Positions 61,204-64,000 of a stretch of 64,000 nucleotides of DNA are shown one piece after another (positions within the stretch are counted from its first letter, which is position 1; each line of letters begins with the position of its first letter). The stretch is from a virus. Both the position numbers and the translations under genes were made by a program. The notes beneath the pieces are model-generated. The model was not told the DNA's origin. It searched no databases and saw only the letters and a list, made by a program, of their open reading frames with translations. The stretch is taken from positions 1-64,000 of the IMG/VR virus record IMGVR_UViG_3300012971_000002; one strand, written 5' to 3'.

Positions 61204-61360
61204 CTACAAGCTATATGGCCACTGCACGATGATTGTCGAAGGCACGAATATGCGTTGTCCTTTGTGCAACACATTGGTTCTCTCTGGCCAGCGACATGAG
61301 TGTGAACGCAAAGAACCGAAGAAATTGGAACGCAAAGCGGGAAGGAGAGTAAAGGAGTAA
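61193..61360 (+). CDS. small Cys-containing hypothetical protein (55 aa, below track cutoff)
   Basis: Hand-translated MKISYKLYGHCTMIVEGTNMRCPLCNTLVLSGQRHECERKEPKKLERKAGRRVKE; TAATG overlap with downstream gene. Confidence 0.4.
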   Translation: MKISYKLYGHCTMIVEGTNMRCPLCNTLVLSGQRHECERKEPKKLERKAGRRVKE

Positions 61361-61860
61361 TGAGCGAGCGAGTTGAATACTATCGCGGAGCAAAGGAAGC
61401 GTTCCAGCGCGTGGTGAAGGAATGGAACGTTGATCTAACGCGCGACAAAGTTCAGAACTGGGCAAATAATTGCGATGTCTACGAGGAACAGCATCGTCAG
61501 GAAGCGGCCAACGCCCCTGCTGTTCCCGCCGACAGGAAGGATTGCCCGTATTGCAACGATGGCAAGAACGAGGATGGATGTCCTACGCATGGGCCTTTCT
61601 ATCTCAACCCTGTTCCCGTAGAGGCAAGCGGGGACTTGTCCCAACAGATTTGCCGAGCTACCAGCGCCGTACCGATTGACCATCGCAAGGGTGAGAATTG
61701 TCCGCGCTGCGATGCAATTCAGAACGTACTTGCCGCACAGCCTAGCGGGATCCGCGAAAAGCTGTGGGCCGCAATAAAGCAATGCAGAGACGAACGTGGG
61801 AATGAGAACGTGTACGACTTCCTGAACGAATACCTTCCGAATGAACTTAGGAAACCATGA
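61360..61860 (+). CDS. hypothetical protein with CxxC pairs
   Basis: 166 aa; CPYCNDG...CPTHG and CPRCD. Confidence 0.55.
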   Translation: MSERVEYYRGAKEAFQRVVKEWNVDLTRDKVQNWANNCDVYEEQHRQEAANAPAVPADRKDCPYCNDGKNEDGCPTHGPFYLNPVPVEASGDLSQQICRATSAVPIDHRKGENCPRCDAIQNVLAAQPSGIREKLWAAIKQCRDERGNENVYDFLNEYLPNELRKP

Positions 61861-62129
61861 GAGTGGAATGGATCGAGTTCTGTTCGATTGACGTGGACAT
61901 GCTTGAAGCCCATGGCTGGACAGGCGAGCCGCTTCCACACGCGAAGTACAGCGGCGAAGTCATCAATGCCATTCGCGCCTTCGGGGAAACGCGCTTGGTG
62001 GTCATGCTGGATTCAGGCGAAGTCAAAGAAGTGGAAATTTCCAAGGTGAAGCGTTCAGAACCACTTCGTTACTTGGATCCAGCACTTCTTGAACCACCGG
62101 ATATAGACAAAACTGGCAAAGCGAAGTAG
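61857..62129 (+). CDS. hypothetical protein
   Basis: 90-aa ORF, ATGA overlap. Confidence 0.5.
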   Translation: MRVEWIEFCSIDVDMLEAHGWTGEPLPHAKYSGEVINAIRAFGETRLVVMLDSGEVKEVEISKVKRSEPLRYLDPALLEPPDIDKTGKAK

Positions 62130-62152
62130 ATTGCTTCCCTGAGAGGGGAACA

Positions 62153-62560
62153 ATGAAAACACTTCGCCTAGCCTTGCCGCTGTTACTCTGCATTCTGTTC
62201 GGATCCGTTGCTTCAGCCCATCCGTTTGCTTTGCGTGTGCCGCTTCCGGCACCCACCGCCACTTACTACTACGTTGTGACCGGCGTGGATGCGAACGGAC
62301 TCGAGAGCGCGAACTCGAGCGAAGCAAAAGCTACGCTTGTCCAAGGCATGACCAAAGGTGTCACGCTGACTTGGGTGAATCCTTCACCGGCCGCGGGCAG
62401 CAATCAATCGGCTATCGTTTCGAACAACGTTTACCGTGGCACCATACAGGGCGGTCCGTACACGAAGATCAACACCGCGCCGGTGACGGGAGGGACGACC
62501 TATCTGGACCCTTTCGTAGCACCGCCTGTGCCTACTGGTACAACGGCAGCGGTAAACTAA
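62153..62560 (+). CDS. secreted fibronectin type III-like protein
   Basis: 135 aa; signal peptide MKTLRLALPLLLCILFGSVASA; YYYVVTGVDANGLESANSSEA and YRGT...GPY are FN3-like. Confidence 0.6.
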   Translation: MKTLRLALPLLLCILFGSVASAHPFALRVPLPAPTATYYYVVTGVDANGLESANSSEAKATLVQGMTKGVTLTWVNPSPAAGSNQSAIVSNNVYRGTIQGGPYTKINTAPVTGGTTYLDPFVAPPVPTGTTAAVN

Positions 62561-62582
62561 CAAACTTCAACTGTACCCAGCC

Positions 62583-62831
62583 GTGAAGATCCCAGCCACG
62601 CATCGCATGACGCCGGATGAGATCCGCTTGCTTCATGCCCTGCAAACATATACGGTGACGCCCTATGTCATGGAACAAAAGGCGTGGCGCAAGCTAGTTG
62701 AAAAAAAAGACAAAGACCGCGAACGAAAGAAGAGACAACGTGAAAACCGAAAAAACGCTGAACGCCGATGGAAGGAAGTGGGGAGCGCGGATCCGCTTAA
62801 AGCGCGGCTTCCGCATGTCATTACCGGCTAA
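62583..62831 (+). CDS. hypothetical basic protein
   Basis: 82-aa ORF, GTG start; Lys/Arg-rich centre. Confidence 0.45.
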   Translation: MKIPATHRMTPDEIRLLHALQTYTVTPYVMEQKAWRKLVEKKDKDRERKKRQRENRKNAERRWKEVGSADPLKARLPHVITG

Positions 62832-63069
62832 GGATCCGGCCGATCTGGCCAGCCGTCAGATCCAACGGGCTGATGTTCGCCGGTCCGCATGGCACAAGTG
62901 GCGGTGCTTTCGCGGTCCGATGGGAGAGATTGACCAAGCGCCGCGAGATGACCATGGCGTGATCCCGCGACGTGTGCGCCGGTCAATTGCTCGAGCCGTA
63001 GCCAAGCAAGCGTATAAGATCATGGGACGGAAAGGCTCTACCACGAATGTCGGATCAGCAAGAACCTGA
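62815..63069 (+). CDS. possible hypothetical basic protein
   Basis: 84 aa from ATG inside track ORF 62698-63069; fills an otherwise 215-nt gap; overlaps both neighbours. Confidence 0.3.
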   Translation: MSLPAKDPADLASRQIQRADVRRSAWHKWRCFRGPMGEIDQAPRDDHGVIPRRVRRSIARAVAKQAYKIMGRKGSTTNVGSART

Positions 63070-63412
63070 ATCGCATCTGGGCCACTATCGCACGCTGGAC
63101 GGCAAGACACTGTTCGTTTATGCCCGGACCAACCAACAAAAGGTGCTGATCGTTTCGGCCGATTGCATCGGCTTACTGAAGAAGGGCTGTGTGTTGATGA
63201 CGCCGGATGAAGAGTTTATTCTGGCGTTCTCTTACGACATCGAAGAGACCAACTCGCAAGCCGTGTCCATGATGGAATGTACCGGCAACAGTATTGATGG
63301 CGAGCTAATGAAGTTCATCATCAAAGACGGCGCGAAGCCAAGACGGAAGAAGAAGGCAAAGAATGAAAAAGCTGGGACCGAACGAACCGATAGATCCACG
63401 TCTGGCGCTTGA
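63047..63412 (+). CDS. hypothetical protein
   Basis: 121-aa ORF with Lys-rich tail. Confidence 0.5.
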   Translation: MSDQQEPESHLGHYRTLDGKTLFVYARTNQQKVLIVSADCIGLLKKGCVLMTPDEEFILAFSYDIEETNSQAVSMMECTGNSIDGELMKFIIKDGAKPRRKKKAKNEKAGTERTDRSTSGA

Positions 63413-63518
63413 TGTCTTCATTGTGTTTTTCCTGTTTTGGTATGTGATCCGGCAATATGGAGTTCCGTTTCTGGCCTATGTCTTGCATGGCCGCTTCAGT
63501 TTCGAATAGACTTCCGGT

Positions 63519-63618
63519 GGGCCGCTGGTGGAACTGGCAGACACATTCGCCTCAAAAGCGAACGGCGCAAAGGTTCATAGCCTCAGCTTTGTGAGTTCGA
63601 GTCTCACGCGGCCTACCA
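63519..63618 (+). tRNA. tRNA-Leu(CAA), type II, with unusually long (28-nt) variable region and encoded CCA
   Basis: Hand-folded: acceptor GGGCCGC/GCGGCCT (G-U first pair), 3-bp D stem GTG/CAC with AACTGGCAGA loop, anticodon stem TTCGC/GCGAA, loop CTCAAAA, T arm GTGAG-TTCGAGT-CTCAC, ACCA end. Confidence 0.7.
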
Positions 63619-63637
63619 AATCAAATTGGAGGATTCC

Positions 63638-63952
63638 ATGGCAGATCTTGAAAAGCATTACGATACTCGCCGCGCTGTTCCAGTTGGTGGCGCTACCAGT
63701 ATTACGCGAGAAGAACCAAAGTTCGGACTTGTAGAAATGGGCACGCAGAATGTGAGTTCGTTGATTGATCTGCGAAGCCGTTTAGTCGCCATCCTGAATA
63801 CGATGCGAAGTCCGGATGCCGGTGGTGCTCCCGGTCAAGATGCGCCTTACCCGAAGAACATCACGCTCGAGGATTCTTCGCGAATCATCGGAGAACTTAT
63901 TCAGAATTGCCACGATCTAACCGGCGTCATCAATAAAACGCTCGGGATCTAA
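63638..63952 (+). CDS. hypothetical protein
   Basis: 104 aa from ATG 63638 (GGAGGA 6 nt upstream), inside track ORF 63626-63952. Confidence 0.5.
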   Translation: MADLEKHYDTRRAVPVGGATSITREEPKFGLVEMGTQNVSSLIDLRSRLVAILNTMRSPDAGGAPGQDAPYPKNITLEDSSRIIGELIQNCHDLTGVINKTLGI

Positions 63953-64000
63953 GTTCGATGACACAAGCGGCCGTTGCGGAAGCGCCACAGTTCCGGATCT

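Noticed and set aside
63363-63509. 48-aa hydrophobic ORF (MKKLGPNEPIDPRLALDVFIVFFLFWYVIRQYGVPFLAYVLHGRFSFE) overlapping the end of 63047-63412 by 50 nt
   Set aside because: It is a plausible membrane micro-protein, but it has no SD and a large overlap. It is left uncalled.
63528-63734. 68-aa track ORF
   Set aside because: It starts inside the tRNA-Leu and runs out of frame through the SD and start of the 63638-63952 gene. It is spurious.
1-64000. Search for CRISPR arrays, diversity-generating retroelement (RT plus template/variable repeats near fibre genes), retrons, integrase/att sites, transposase/IS ends and toxin-antitoxin pairs
   Set aside because: I noticed no spaced direct-repeat arrays, no reverse-transcriptase-like or recombinase-like ORF, and no long DNA repeats flanking fibre C-termini. 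The zeta-like domain has no adjacent epsilon-like antitoxin. This rests on by-eye reading only, so short or degenerate elements could be missed.

Overview
The window reads as most of a tailed dsDNA phage or prophage genome. I saw no cellular housekeeping genes, rRNA, CRISPR array, integrase, DNA polymerase, primase or large terminase. Genes are tightly packed, with many ATGA / TAATG / GTGA start-stop overlaps, and fall into five strand blocks.

(1) 1-24017 (+): small unknown genes, then a virion module of portal-like, scaffold-like, capsid-like, GroES-like, tail-fibre-like genes, a 1535-aa giant protein, and internal-virion-type proteins. The last of these carries a zeta-toxin-type kinase domain.

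(2) 24101-28665 (-): an accessory or early operon of small genes, including a 5'(3')-deoxyribonucleotidase, a DUF3560-like protein and a membrane-anchored NlpC/P60-like peptidase.

(3) 28748-42036 (mostly +): a nine-gene coupled sugar-modification and glycosyltransferase cluster. It is followed by tail-fibre and SGNH-esterase genes, a lysis-like cassette with a convergent M15 peptidase, a cold-shock protein and a lipoprotein.

(4) 42033-55507 (-): a recombination and DNA-metabolism block with a HerA/FtsK-like ATPase, a Gp37/Gp68 (DUF5131) protein, HNH, a DnaA-domain-IV-like HTH, RecT, KTSC and many unknowns.

(5) 55639-64000 (+): a Cro-like HTH, ASCH, a free-standing RNA polymerase alpha-CTD homologue, a small terminase, a ribbon-helix-helix (RHH) protein, small unknowns and a tRNA-Leu(CAA).

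The observations I rate highest:
- An all-soluble phage glycan pathway with no lipid-carrier or export genes, possibly for virion glycosylation.
- A phage alpha-CTD homologue, together with a four-copy promoter cassette TTAAACA-N6-TTGACA-N16/17-(-10). Three of the four copies place a start codon exactly 5 nt after the -10, which predicts leaderless mRNAs.
- A virion-module protein ending in a zeta-toxin kinase domain.
- A HerA/FtsK-like ATPase with two tandem winged-helix repeats.
- A tRNA-Leu with a 28-nt variable region.

All family assignments were made by eye from motifs and synteny. None was verified by a database search.
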